This document shows, piece after piece, positions 25,135 through 37,085 of a DNA stretch of 64,000 nucleotides; the stretch's first letter is position 1, and each line of letters starts with the position of its first letter. A model generated the notes under the pieces. It saw only the letters and a program-made list of their open reading frames with translations, did no database searches and had not been told where the DNA came from. The stretch is taken from positions 586,520,001 to 586,584,000 of the forward strand of contig NC_091286.1 in the NCBI RefSeq assembly GCF_032444005.1, given 5' to 3'. Source of the DNA: Ranitomeya imitator (Eukaryota). The position numbers and the translations under genes are program-made.

Positions 25135-26097
25135 TTGGAGAGTGATCTGCTGCCTGAAACATCCTTCAGCATGACCAGTTTGGCAGTGGGTCAGTAATGG
25201 TGTGGGGTGGCATTTCTTTGGAGGGCCGCACAGCCCTCCATGTGCTCGCCAGAGGTAGCCTGACTGCCATTAGGTACCGAGATGAGATCCTCAGACCCCT
25301 TGTGAGACCATATGCTGCTGCGATTGGCCCTAGGTGCCTCATAATGCAGGACAATGCCAGACCTCATGTGGCTGGAGTGTGTCAGCTGTTCCTGCAAGAT
25401 GATGGATTGAAGCTATGCACTGGCCCGCCCGTTCCCCAGACCTGAATCTGATTGAACACATCTGGAACATCATGTCTCGCACCATCCACCAATGTCACAT
25501 TGCACCACAGACTGTCCAGGAGTTGGCGGATGCCTTAGTTCAAGGGTGTCAAACTGCATTCCTTGAGGGCTGCAAACAGGTCATGTTTTCAAGATTTCCT
25601 TGTACTGCACAGGTGATAATTTAATCACCAGCTCATTATTTGTGTAGGTGATTCAATTATCCCCTGTGCAGTACAAGGAAATCCTGAAAACATGACCTGT
25701 TTGCAGCCCTTGAGGAATGCAGTTTGACACCCCTGCCTTAGTTCCAGGTCTGGGAGGAGATCCCTCAGGAGACCATCCGCCGCCTCATCAGGAGCATGCC
25801 CAGGCATTGTATGGAGGTCATACAGGCACGTGGAGGCCACACACACTACTGAGCATAATTTCCTTGTCTTGAGACATTTCCACTGAAGTTGGATCAGCCT
25901 GTAACTTAATTTTCCACTTTGATTTTGAGCATCATTCCAACTCCAAACCCCCGTGGGATATTAGTTGATCATTTTTAGGTTTTATTGTTCTCAACACATT
26001 CCAATATGTAATGAATAAAGATTTACAAATAGAATATTTCATTCAGTGATATCTAGGATGTGGGATTTTAGTGTTCCCTTTATTTTTTTGAGCAGTG
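25135..26097 (+). mobile_element. 3' remnant of a Tc1-family element
   Basis: Frameshifted motifs VWGGIS, QDNARPH, WPARSPDLNLIEHIW; right end gtgttccctttatttttttgagcagtg resembles a common Tc1 TIR. Confidence 0.85.
25541..25735. mobile_element. hAT-type palindromic MITE inserted in the Tc1 remnant
   Basis: Exact 8-bp TSD ccttagtt (25533-25540 / 25736-25743); ~80-bp inverted arms. Confidence 0.92.
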
Positions 26098-27632
26098 CTT
26101 ATTCTTAAATCATGATGAAATACCTCTGAAACGTTGATGATCAGTATCAATTCTCCATTCTTCTATGGATTTTAAATATTGAAATAAAGTGCTAATTTTA
26201 ACCCATTTAGATCGAGCTGGAAAGCATCATTTCCTCAACCTTAGGGTCTTATCCTCTTACCAATAATGCTTAGAAATACAGCAAATAAACTTGACTGATC
26301 CGCTGTAAGGACCCGCACATTTTGTGCCTTTAGGACAGAAAGATAATTTAGGACAAAGATAAGTTTTGTCAATGTCACATTCTAGTAGCTGAAATATTTG
26401 TATTTTTTGTCTTATTCCAGAGAAATCCACTTTTTATAATATTTAAATGAGCTGTGAAAGTAAATAAAAGGGGGCATCACCAGTGTAGATCAGGGGAGCA
26501 GACTTTCAGTCACATGCCTCTCACTGGTAACTCCCCCTTTCATTTAAAAATAAGCTCTGGAGGCAAATTCTCAGGGAGATCTACGTACGGCCCATAGATC
26601 TTAACAGGTCATTTACTTATTAAAGATGTAGATTTCTCTGGAATTAGATATCGTATCTCAGATATCAAGGTATCATTTTATTCTGCCTCCTATGACCTGC
26701 ATGCCCATATAGACTGCTTAGTTCCATGGAGCTGTTGCAAATCTTGAAAAATCACCAGGCAGAACCAATGGCGACTTCCAGATCATGTCTGCTAATCACG
26801 GCTCGCACTGTCTAGAGCTGTGTGCTTCTACAAATGCCCTATTATCTCTGTGAAAATATAGTGATAGTAGTGTAGATTCGGAACAAACCACTGATGGCTG
26901 ATTTTGTTACGGCTGAGATGTGCTGAGCTTTACAATATTACTAATACTACAGCTGTACCACTCACCAGAACTGTCACGGAGGAGAACCTGCCCCGCCGGA
27001 CACCAGGAAGTAAGAAGACTGCAGAGGTGCGAGCTGCTCAAGAGACAACTTGAGAATAACCCCTTAAAAATAAAACCAGGAAACTGGTGCAAGAATTAGA
27101 CCAAAGCTTGCAAAACTAAGAAAAACAGTCACTGAAACCGGAAGGTGCAAAAACCTAAAAGTTTAATTTTTTTCACAACATTGTTTATGGTGACAGTGAA
27201 GCAATATTTTAACAGATGCAGTAGGATATTCATTCAAACCAGTGTTTTCAATGCCCATCTAAACCTGATTTTTAGATATACACTTATAATTGTGCTGCAA
27301 TTTAAGGCAGAAATCAAAGTTAATCTCCTGATCCACAGTTGGCCACATTCTGTCCTGTAATCAATATGTTGTTGTCCCTGTCTTCCATGTGGCAGATACA
27401 GTGGAGCCCCATCATGGTCAGTATTTTTGCAAGTCTACTAGCTCACAATATAGCTGCCCCTTCTTTCCCCTCCACCTGCTCACACTGAAGATAGACCAGG
27501 TAGTTGAGTCAAATCTGAGCTGATGGAAACACAGGACTTTTCTACCGATCTATACAGTTGAGAAGTTCCTGTTTGAGTAAGATATTAAAGGAAGTTCACC
27601 TGTGCCTCTCATTCACTGGAAAACCATTTTAA

Positions 27633-27810
27633 AGGGACACTGTCACCTGGATTTGGATGGAACAATCTTCAGCCATGGAGGAGGGGTTTTGGGGTTTTTG
27701 ATTCACCCTTTCCTTACCCGCTGGCTGCATGCTGGCTGCAATATTGGATTGAAGTTCATTCTCTGTCCTCCATAGTACACACCTGCGCAAGGCAAGATTG
27801 CTTTGTGCAG
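27633..27810. mobile_element. Half copy of the T2/Kolobok-type MITE at 53119-53446
   Basis: TTAA + agggacactgtcacctg...; matches the left arm of the 53119 element and stops just past its centre. Confidence 0.8.
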
Positions 27811-28374
27811 ATTTTTCTGGTATAAAAATATTACAAATTTTCATTAATTCGCTTACACTAGTGGTTAGTGCAAAGTTTGTTGAAACAATGGTGGCCATTT
27901 AAATCGAAAGTTAGAGGTATTCTTTAAGTAAGGTATTGAAATTAAGAACTTTTTTTTTGCCTTTTTCCGAAAGGGCTCTTGAGTCTCTTACTCTTCTTCA
28001 CTGCATAACAATGATGAGGAGGGTTTTGAATGACTCGGCAGTCAAGCATGTGTGCTGCCGCTCTACTCAGTCTATGGGACTAATATAAAATTTGACAATT
28101 TCATAGTCTTTAAGTAGAGTGACTGCACACAGTCCCCAGTGCTGCTCCGTTCAACTATATCCTCACTTCCAAAATGTTCATACTTGTTTTTTTATTTAAC
28201 CTGTGCTGTAGATAAGCGAAAAATTGCCATTAGTGGGAAAACCCTTAGAGTGGATCTGTCACCAGGTTTCACAATTAAAAACTAGATAGACTAATATATA
28301 GATCTCATAGAACTAATGAGGCTAGTAAATATTCTTTAAAAAATCCATGATATAATGGTGCGGTATACTGCTAA

Positions 28375-29870
28375 TCTACTATATAATTGTCTAAGGGTCA
28401 CTTTCGTCTGTCTGTCACGGATATTCATTGGTCGCGGCCTCTGTCTGTCCTGGAAATCCAAGTCACTGATTGGTCGCGGCAAAACAGCCACGACCAATCA
28501 GCGACGGGCACAGTCCGGAAGAAAATGGCCGTTCCTTACTACCCGCAGTCAGTGGCCGGCGCCCGCATACTCCCCTCCACTCACCGCTCACACAGGGTTA
28601 ATGCCGGCGGTAATGGACCGCATTATGCCGCGGGTACCACACTCCTTTACCGCCGCTATTAACCCTGTGTGTCCCCAACCTTTTACTATTGATGCTGCCT
28701 ATGTGGCATCAATATTAAAAAAATGTAATGTTAAAAATAATTAAAAAACAAAAAACCTGCTATACTCACCCTCCGTTGTCTGCTGAGCCGCTCGCGCCTG
28801 CCACCATCTTCCGCTCCCAGCGATGCATTGCAAAATTACCCAGAAGACTTAGCGGTCTCGTGAGACCACTAAGTCATCTGGGTAATTTCGCAATGCATCC
28901 TGGGAACGGAAGATGGCGGCAGCCGAGCGCCTATCGCCGGAGCTCCGCTGGATCCCAGGAGGTGAGTATATAACTATTTTTTATTTTAGTTATTTTTTTT
29001 AACAGGGATAGGGTGCCCACACTGCTGTATACTACGTGGGCTGTGTTAGATACCGCGTGGCTCTGTGCTGTATACTGCATAGGGAGTATTATATACTATG
29101 TGGGCTGTGTGATATACTCCGTGGGCTGTGCTATATATTACGTTGCCACTGTTATATACTGTGTGGGCTGTGCTATATACTACGTGACTGGGCAATATAC
29201 TACGTGGCTCTGTGCTGTATACTACGTGGCTCTGTGCTGTATACTACGTGGCTCTGTGCTGTATACTACGTGGCTCTGTGCTGTATGCTATGTAGCTGGG
29301 CAATATACTACGTGACTGGGCAATATACTACGTGACTGGGCAATATACTACGTGGCTGGGCAATATACTTCGTGGCTCTGTGCTGTATATTACGTCGCTG
29401 GGCAATATACTTTGTGACTGGGCAATATATTACATCACTGGGCAATATACTACGTGTCTGTGCTGTATACTACGTCACTGGGCAATATACTACGTGACTG
29501 GGCAATATACTACGTGACTGGGCAATATACTACGTGGCTGGGCATTATACTACGTGGCTGGGCAATATACTACGTGACTGGGCAATATACTACGTGTCTG
29601 TGCTGTATACTACGTCACTGGGCAATATACTACGTGACTGGGCAATATACTACGTGTCTGTGCTGTATACTACGTGGCTCTGTGCTGTATACTACGTGGC
29701 TGGGCAATATACTACGTGGCTGGGCAATATACTACGTGACTGGGCAATATACTACGTGGCTGGGCAATATACTACGTCGCTGGGCAATATACTATGTGGA
29801 CTGTGAAATATACTACGTGGACATGCATATTCTAGAATACCCGATGCGTTAGAATCGAGCCACCATCTAG
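28375..29870 (+). mobile_element. Non-autonomous Helitron
   Basis: Sits between A and T; 5' TC (tctactatataattgtc...), 3' CTAG, subterminal hairpin cccgat...atcgag; no TSD; no Rep/helicase ORF. Confidence 0.8.
29020..29820. repeat. 20-22-bp minisatellite inside the Helitron
   Basis: Units gggcaatatactacgtgact / ctgtgctgtatactacgtggct. Confidence 0.92.
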
Positions 29871-30441
29871 TACTAAAATAAGTACTTTAGGCAGTGAAAC
29901 ATTCAAAAAGAAGAATAGCGTTTTACGTACGTGGCTTTTCAAAGCAAGTCTACAGCCTCTTCAAGACTAATAGAGCTAGTTTGTATTGGGAACTCTGATG
30001 TCATATCCACTTTCATGCTTCCATTAACCAGTTGTAAGAACTGACTTAATATTGTTTTAACAAAATAGTTGAGCCATAATGTAACAAGAGATTTTGGCGA
30101 CTCTAGGTGCTCCGTACACGCCTCGATGACTTAAAGCCAGCGGATCCCCCAAGAAATAAACTGAACTTTCTTCCGCTACCCATGCTTTCAGTAAAGCGTC
30201 CGGTCAGCATTGTTACGCTATAAACCTGCAGATTAACAGTGTTTGAGGATGTGACTGGTTCCCTTAACACAAAAAACTTTTTTAAGCAATGGATCATTTT
30301 GTTATGATGATACATTGACTTTAAGTGTTAGGAAGCAGAAGTTCAGAGATGGAAGACAGGCGAAATGTAGAGAGCGCAGGAGGCAGCCGGTGATAAAGAA
30401 GACTTCTCTACATTGATCCTAAGGTCGAAAATAATTACACC

Positions 30442-30447
30442 TTTATT
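30442..30447 (-). promoter_or_regulatory. Candidate KY polyadenylation signal (AATAAA)
   Basis: tttatt on the + strand ~500 nt past the KY stop; motif only. Confidence 0.3.
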
Positions 30448-30939
30448 TAAAACTGTCCATATCATAAGTGTATGTTGTATGTTACAATACTTGCTTTCTG
30501 TCCTTACAGTGTAATAAGATGCATTGCGTTGAATGTACGTTGCCGTTCACAGCGGTACAATGCAGCCATTCATTCTGCAGGACTATTGCTCAATCACTCA
30601 CAAATAAAGCACTAATGGCAGGAAAATGATAATATATACAGTCTCATCAGTAAGAATAAACGTCTGCTTATTAAATGTCCATGTCGAAAGCACTCGGAAA
30701 ATGTGGCTATTAAAAAAAAAAAAGAAAAAAAGTTGTCAGATAACCCCGGTAAATACACTATAACAGTTTTAACCGTTAGCTGAAATCCTGATAAAGTGCA
30801 TTAATATGACACACTAAAAAGCTTTCAATGTAGTTGATCATCCATATCTAGTTTTAGCACCTCTGACAAGTGTTCTCATTAAGATGATTCATATTGTAAG
30901 GGAGCTGGTGCATTGGAAAGGAGATTCCGATTTGCAAAG

Positions 30940-33347
30940 CTAAGAGGAATATGAGCTTTCTATTAAACGCTGATGAACTGCACCCTTCACCTGATAGCTG
31001 AGCACTAGAGCATAATTCTTGTTCAGATTATTTGTCACTAGCACTTGAATGTCCTTGCTTCCAGCTGTGCTACAGACCCCTTCCCAAAATCCATCTCGAC
31101 TTAATGTCAGAGGCCAAAAGTTCTTGCTTTTGATGGCCACTGCTGCCAATCCTTTGGCCTTAATTCTGAACTGTACCTCACTGTTTGCTGGCAGGATCTC
31201 AGTCCTTGGCTCCAGCAGTTCATAATTCATATTCCAAGCACTATATCTTATCGGAAAGAATGGCCACCGTACTTTTGTATTGGAGCAACATAAGAGATAA
31301 TTGCAAGCATAGTCATAAACATTGCTTGGGTCTGTCGTCTTCTTAGTGCAAATCTTCAGCACATAGTTGCCAGCTTTGGGCAGCTGGATTTCAAATTCAA
31401 CTCTGCCCTCCTTCTCTGCTTGGAAAATGTACCTTCTTCTTGCTTCCTCTGATGTGATGTCGTCAGAGTGGAGGGTCGCCATAACGTCAATCTTTTCATC
31501 CAAAGCAAAACTGATGCAGGAACGACCGTCGTCTGTTTGAATTGTTGGGTCCAGGTGGGATGGACGAAGAAGTCCTTTCTTATCAGAGAGATAACTAGGC
31601 CCAACAGGGTTGCATAACTCAAGTGGTAGCAGGGGCCATTTTACTTGAGCGTTAATGCAAGAAATTATATAATTACAAGCAAACTTAAAACTTCCCTGCT
31701 CAGACTCGGTGTAAATCTTCAGAACATACATCCCAGCTTGTGGCAGCTGTACGTGGAACTCCACTCTGTTCTGTCTCTGGACTTGTAGGATATGTCTCCT
31801 TTCACCCTCTTCTGTCAAAAGCACATCTTCAGATTGCAGTCTGGCAAATATAGCCATCTCTTTCTTAAGGGTGAAAGCTAGAGAGCACCGTCCATCACTA
31901 GTGTGCATGATTGGTTCTGTTTGGGAAGGTTGGAAAAGACCTTTTTTCTCAGATAATGGTGTAGGCCCACCAGGGTTTTGGAGTATGTAAGGGAATGGCG
32001 GCCATGCTACCTTTGGGTTTGAACATGATATAAGATAACTACATACAAGCTCATAGTTTCCTGGCTGAAATTTGTTATCTGCATACACTCTTAACTCATA
32101 TGAACCACTTTTAGGAAGCTGGATGTGGAACTCAACCTGCCGCTGTTTATGAGTTTGGAGAATGTATCTTCTTTCCATTTGGCTATTCCACTTGTTATCA
32201 TCTGAGTGTAAAGTAGCTAAACAGCTCATATCTTTGTCGAGAGAAAAATTTAAGGAGCAACGTCCATCTGGGCTATTAATTACTTGCCCCAACTGTGATG
32301 GCTGGATGAAACTTTTCTTGTCTGTTGTATTGTTAGAACCTACGGGTATGTGCAGTACAACAGGTGCCTCATTGCTGGATGTTTCGATACTGGAACAACA
32401 AATCAAGTAATTACCAATATATTCAAAGTTGATAGGTGAGGATTTACTGTCAGCAAATATCTGAAGAACATAAGATCCTGATTGAGGTAGGCGGACTTGT
32501 AGTTCCAAGTGCTGTCCTCTTTGTGTTTGCATAATGTAGCGCTTCCCTCCACAGTCACTTAGAGATGGATCATCGTTCAGAAGAGCTGTCAGAATTTTGA
32601 GATTATCTTTCAATGTAAATGATATACTTAACTGTCCGTTTGAAGAGTAAATAATTGGATCCCGACACGATGGTTGCAGAAGGCCTTTCTTCTCCATTAG
32701 GGCAGTTGGCCCAACAGGGTTTTGCAGCTTCTTGGGAAAGGGTGGCCATGACACGTCTGGATTTGTACATATGATAAGGTAATTACAAAAGCATTCAAAC
32801 TTTCCTTGGCCGCTGGAACTGTGCATTTTTAAGGCATAGTGCCCTGGTTGAGGAAGATGGACCTTAAACTCTACTCTGTTGCCTCGGAGAGTTTGCAGGA
32901 CATGTTTCCTTTCATCTCCAGGTTTGATAAGTTCACTATGCAAAGTTGCTATTACAACATTTCTTTTGGCTAGTGTGAAGCCGATAGTACAGCGGCCATC
33001 CGGAGTGTTAATCACTGGGTCACGGGAAGTAAGCTGAAGAAACCCCTTCTTGTCTGTCAGCCAACTTGGGCCAACCACAACATCTAATTCTCTAGGGATC
33101 CTTAATACAGGATCTACAGAGCCGCAACTGATTATATATTCTACAACGGTTTCATATGTTTCTTTTGTGCTGTCATAAGGTTTGGTATAAAGTTCCAGTC
33201 GATGTCTGCCTGTGGCTTGTGGATACACCTCCAGCTGCATTCCATGTTTTGTTAGGATCAGAAGACCAGGCTTCTCCGTTTTATTTAAAGTAAAGGAAAA
33301 AAGAGCAGGTAAATGTCCTTCGATGGAAAATGTGGCTTTTCCGTTAA
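30940..33347 (-). CDS. KY: KY terminal exon (801 aa) with five tandem Ig-like modules
   Basis: ttgcag|TT acceptor; (V)NGKATFSIEG...MQLEVYP start and ...WPLTLSRDGFWEGVCSTAG...LSYQV end match the KY C-terminus as I recall it; 2,408 nt stop-free. Confidence 0.93.
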
Positions 33348-33558
33348 CTGCAAGAGATTGGAAAAGTCGTCAACAACCACGTTTATGTTCTAGCTACCAT
33401 ATTTTACCATTCGTAGCAGTTTTGGTTAACAATAATTCAAAAGAAGCACCATGTTTAATCAATGTTGTGTCTAAATATAACATTTTCAACCAAGCCACCC
33501 AAATATGAAAAAGGCCAGAAGAATATCCCCATCAAGGTGTTTATATGGCTTGCTATAC

Positions 33559-33749
33559 CTGTTTCTACCTGGAGAGTCTCTGGATAGGATGCTATCAGCC
33601 CGGCATTGTAGAAGCTGCTCTTGTGACATAAGTTCCCTTCAAACTGTTTGAGTGAAAGCGGAACTTGTAATAGTTGCCAGTTCTGGTTATCAGGGAAATG
33701 TTCTTCTATGAATAAGGCTGGATGCGTCAGGAAATAAAATTCATTGTAC
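33559..33749 (-). CDS. KY: KY exon (YNEFYFLTHPALFIEEHFPD...VET)
   Basis: tgtgcag|G acceptor and G|gtatag donor; 191 nt, phase 2-1; diagnostic KY motif. Confidence 0.95.
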
Positions 33750-34539
33750 CTGCACAAAAATTACATTTCATGACCTACATTGCCAACATTTCATCTTTTG
33801 TCACGTAGTATAAAATTTGAATTGTTCAGATACCAAATTGGGAAGGGAATTTGAGTATCTGGTCAACACCACATAGAGCTAGGGTATATTTCCAAATCCC
33901 CTTAAGCAGTCAAATGACTAGTAAAAACAATTTGAAAATCAACTGGTTACCACCTGATAAGATATTTCTGAACTTGCAAACGACACCTAAAATGAAAATA
34001 GAGAACAGGCCAATGCATCAGGTAGTTATTTGGCACAAAAACTGCTTGAAGCATCGCAAATGTTTTGCACACGTCACAGTTACGCAAAAAGTTTGTAACT
34101 GTAAGCATGTTTACATCTGTCCCTACCAGTTCCTCCTCTTTTTAAAATACCATAGATTGAGTTCGGTTTGTAATTTGTTAGAATTTGCCCCACAGGAGTG
34201 GCATAAATCACAACAGAAATGTACATTGGTCAAGCCTTGGAGTGGCGGATGGCAGTTAAAGGATGTGCCAAATCTAATCAAGACTGGCGTAGAAAAATAA
34301 ATCGGGGTCTATGTTTCTATAGATCTAAAGGTTCCCTGTTTTTGTAGATTATAGCTCACTAATGCACATTCCAGCTTTTAGATGGCCATTTGGAAAGGTG
34401 ATAGAACAATAAAAAATGCATTACATGCCTGTTATAGAACTTGCAGTTTTGGCGCTGTTGCTCGCATGCTAGCTGCCATTTTCTGTGTACCTATCTACAG
34501 AAGACCGCTACATTCAGCATCTGGCTGCAGCAGTATATG

Positions 34540-34753
34540 CAGGGTCGTATTTGCCACTAGGCACTTGAGGGCACGTGCCTAGGGCGGGAGGATTCATGGG
34601 GGGGTGGCGCCTGAGCAAGGTTCCTTTTTTTTTTTCTCACATAGCACTTGTCTGTATTCCTCACTAGTGTAACTCCAGCCTTATTCATATTCGCCAATGG
34701 GGGAGGCAGCACTAAAAGTGCCTAGGGCAGCATAAACTCTAAATACGGCCCTG
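34540..34753. mobile_element. hAT-type MITE
   Basis: Exact 8-bp TSD agtatatg; TIRs cagggtcgtattt / aaatacggccctg. Confidence 0.9.
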
Positions 34754-34856
34754 AGTATATGGCACAAGACCAGTGATTCACTGGAGAATGTGTGTGTAGA
34801 CAGCATGTCATTGCTGCAGCCAAGTAAACCGAATGACAGGTGGTGTTAATGGTTAA

Positions 34857-35255
34857 ATGGAACCTGTCACCAGATTTTGCAGTTATCAGTTACAGCCACC
34901 ACCTTTCGGGGCCGATATATTGCATTCTATAATGCTGTATATAAGCCCCCAAGCTGACCTGTAAGAGAAGAAAAATGACTTATTCTACTCACTTGCAGTG
35001 CGGTTTGGTCCGAGGGGTGTCACTCTTCTTGTTTCGGCACCTGCTAACTGCTTGTGATGCCGTCCTTCACAAGAATCAAGAAGGAGGACGGCATCGCAAG
35101 GAGATGGGGGGCGCTGTACCAAAAACAGCGACACCCCTTGGACCAGAAAGCCCCGCAGGTGAGTATAATAAAAGTTATTTTTCTTCTCTTACAGGTCGGG
35201 TTGGGGCTTATATACAGCAGTATAGAATGCTATATATAGCAGCCCTGAAAGGTGG
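34857..35255. mobile_element. T2/Kolobok-type MITE lacking its right terminus
   Basis: TTAA + atggaacctgtcaccag; internal inverted arms (~34895-34950 vs ~35200-35255). Confidence 0.6.
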
Positions 35256-35853
35256 TGACCCTGATTTATCAAAGTGCTTATACCAGAATGTGAAAAAATT
35301 AAAAAAAAACTGCAAAATGTTTGCACAATGTGAATTGATACACAAGAAAGAAATTGTGACTTTTCCCATTCTCCCATGACAGAACCACCTGAGAGAGGAT
35401 ATTCGCCCATCAAGGACAGGAAACCTAAGGAATAAAAGGGAGGTACCTCTCCTCCCCATCAGTTTGGTTTTCTGTCCTTAAGGGAACCTAAGAAGAGCGG
35501 TATGTTGGACTTACCAAGGTCTGGAGGCTGTCCAGGACTGGATGTCTTTTGGAGGGGTGAGGTACCACTAGACAAGAGGTCGGTGCAGTGCTGTGCAGGT
35601 ATAGACCTCTTGGTAAAAGTCTTGCGGACACGACGTCCCAGGACTGCAGGTGCACACCAGGACTGCAGGAGCACCCCATGCTGAGTGTGCTGGGGCATGC
35701 TTTTAGGTCTGCGCATGCGAGGGGTACACTGGTGAAAGATCCAGCGCACTTGTCACTGGGGTGCGCCCGACCTTTCAACAGTGTACCCCTCGCGTGCGAA
35801 GACTTTGAAGCATGATCACCCAGATTTGCGCCCGAGCGAGACGCAGAATGTAT

Positions 35854-37085
35854 GTAACATAGTAACATAGTAAGGCCGAAAAAAGACATTTGTCCATCCA
35901 GTTCAGCCTATATTCCATCATAATAAATCCCCAGATCTACGTCCTTCTACAGAACCTAATAATTGTATGATACAATATTGTTCTGCTCCAGGAAGACATC
36001 CAGGCCTCTCTTGAACCCCTCGACTGAGTTCGCCATCACCACCTCCTCAGGCAAGCAATTCCAGATTCTCACTGCCCTAACAGTAGAGAATCCTCTTCTA
36101 TGTTGGTGGAAAAACCTTCTCTCCTCCAGACGCAAAGAATGCCCCCTTGTGCCCGTCACCTTCCTTGGTATAAACAGGTCCTCAGCGAGATATTTGTATT
36201 GTCCCCTTATATACTTATACATGGTTATTAGATCGCCCCTCAGTCGTCTTTTTTCTAGACTAAATAATCCTAATTTCGCAAAATCTATCTGGGTATTGTA
36301 GTTTTCCCATCCCCTTTATTAATTTTGTTGCCCTCCTTTGTACTCTCTCTAGTTCCATTATATCCTTCCTGAGCACCGGTGCCCAAAACTGGACACAGTA
36401 CTCCATGTGCGGTCTAACTAGGGATTTGTACAGAGGCAGTATAATGCTCTCATCATGTGTATCCAGACCTCTTTTAATGCACCCTATGATCCTGTTTGCC
36501 TTGGCAGCTGCTGCCTGGCACTGGCTGCTCCAGGTAAGTTTATCATTAACTAGGATCTCCAAGTCCTTCTCCCTGTCAGATTTACCCACATTGGCTATGC
36601 GCCAGTCCTGCGGAACAGACCCTGTCGCTATAGAGTCCCTAAAAATAAGAAATAATGGTTTATCTATTACATTACTTAGTTCTCTTAGTACTCGTGGGTG
36701 TATGCCATCCGGACCCGGAGATTTATCTATTTTAATCTTATTTAGCCGGTTTCGCACCTCTTCTTGGGTTAGATTGGTGACCCTTAATATAGGGTTTTCA
36801 TTGTTTCTTGGGATTTCACCTAGCATTTCATTTTCCATCGTGAATACCGTGGAGAAGAAGGTGTTTAATATGTTAGCTTTTTCCTCGTCATCTACAACCA
36901 TTCTTTCCTCACTATTTTTTAAGGGGCCTACATTTTCAGTTTTTATTCTTTTACTATTGATATAGTTGAAGAACAGTTTGGGATTAGTTTTACTCTCCTT
37001 AGCAATGTGCTTCTCTGTTTCCTTTTTGGCAGCTTTAATTAGTTTTTTAGATAAAGTATTTTTCTCCCTATAGTTTTTTAGAGCT
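35854..37085 (-). mobile_element. CR1-type LINE, 5'-truncated, with RT core deleted
   Basis: Tail of 8-mer repeats (aacatagt)n on the + strand; KSPGPDGIHPRVL and LPLYKSLVRPHMEYC motifs; same family as 57786-58869. Confidence 0.9.

Noticed and set aside
26905-27180. Possible LTR fragment starting tgttacgg (similar doubt for 62100-62470)
   Set aside because: No convincing matching terminus or TSD.
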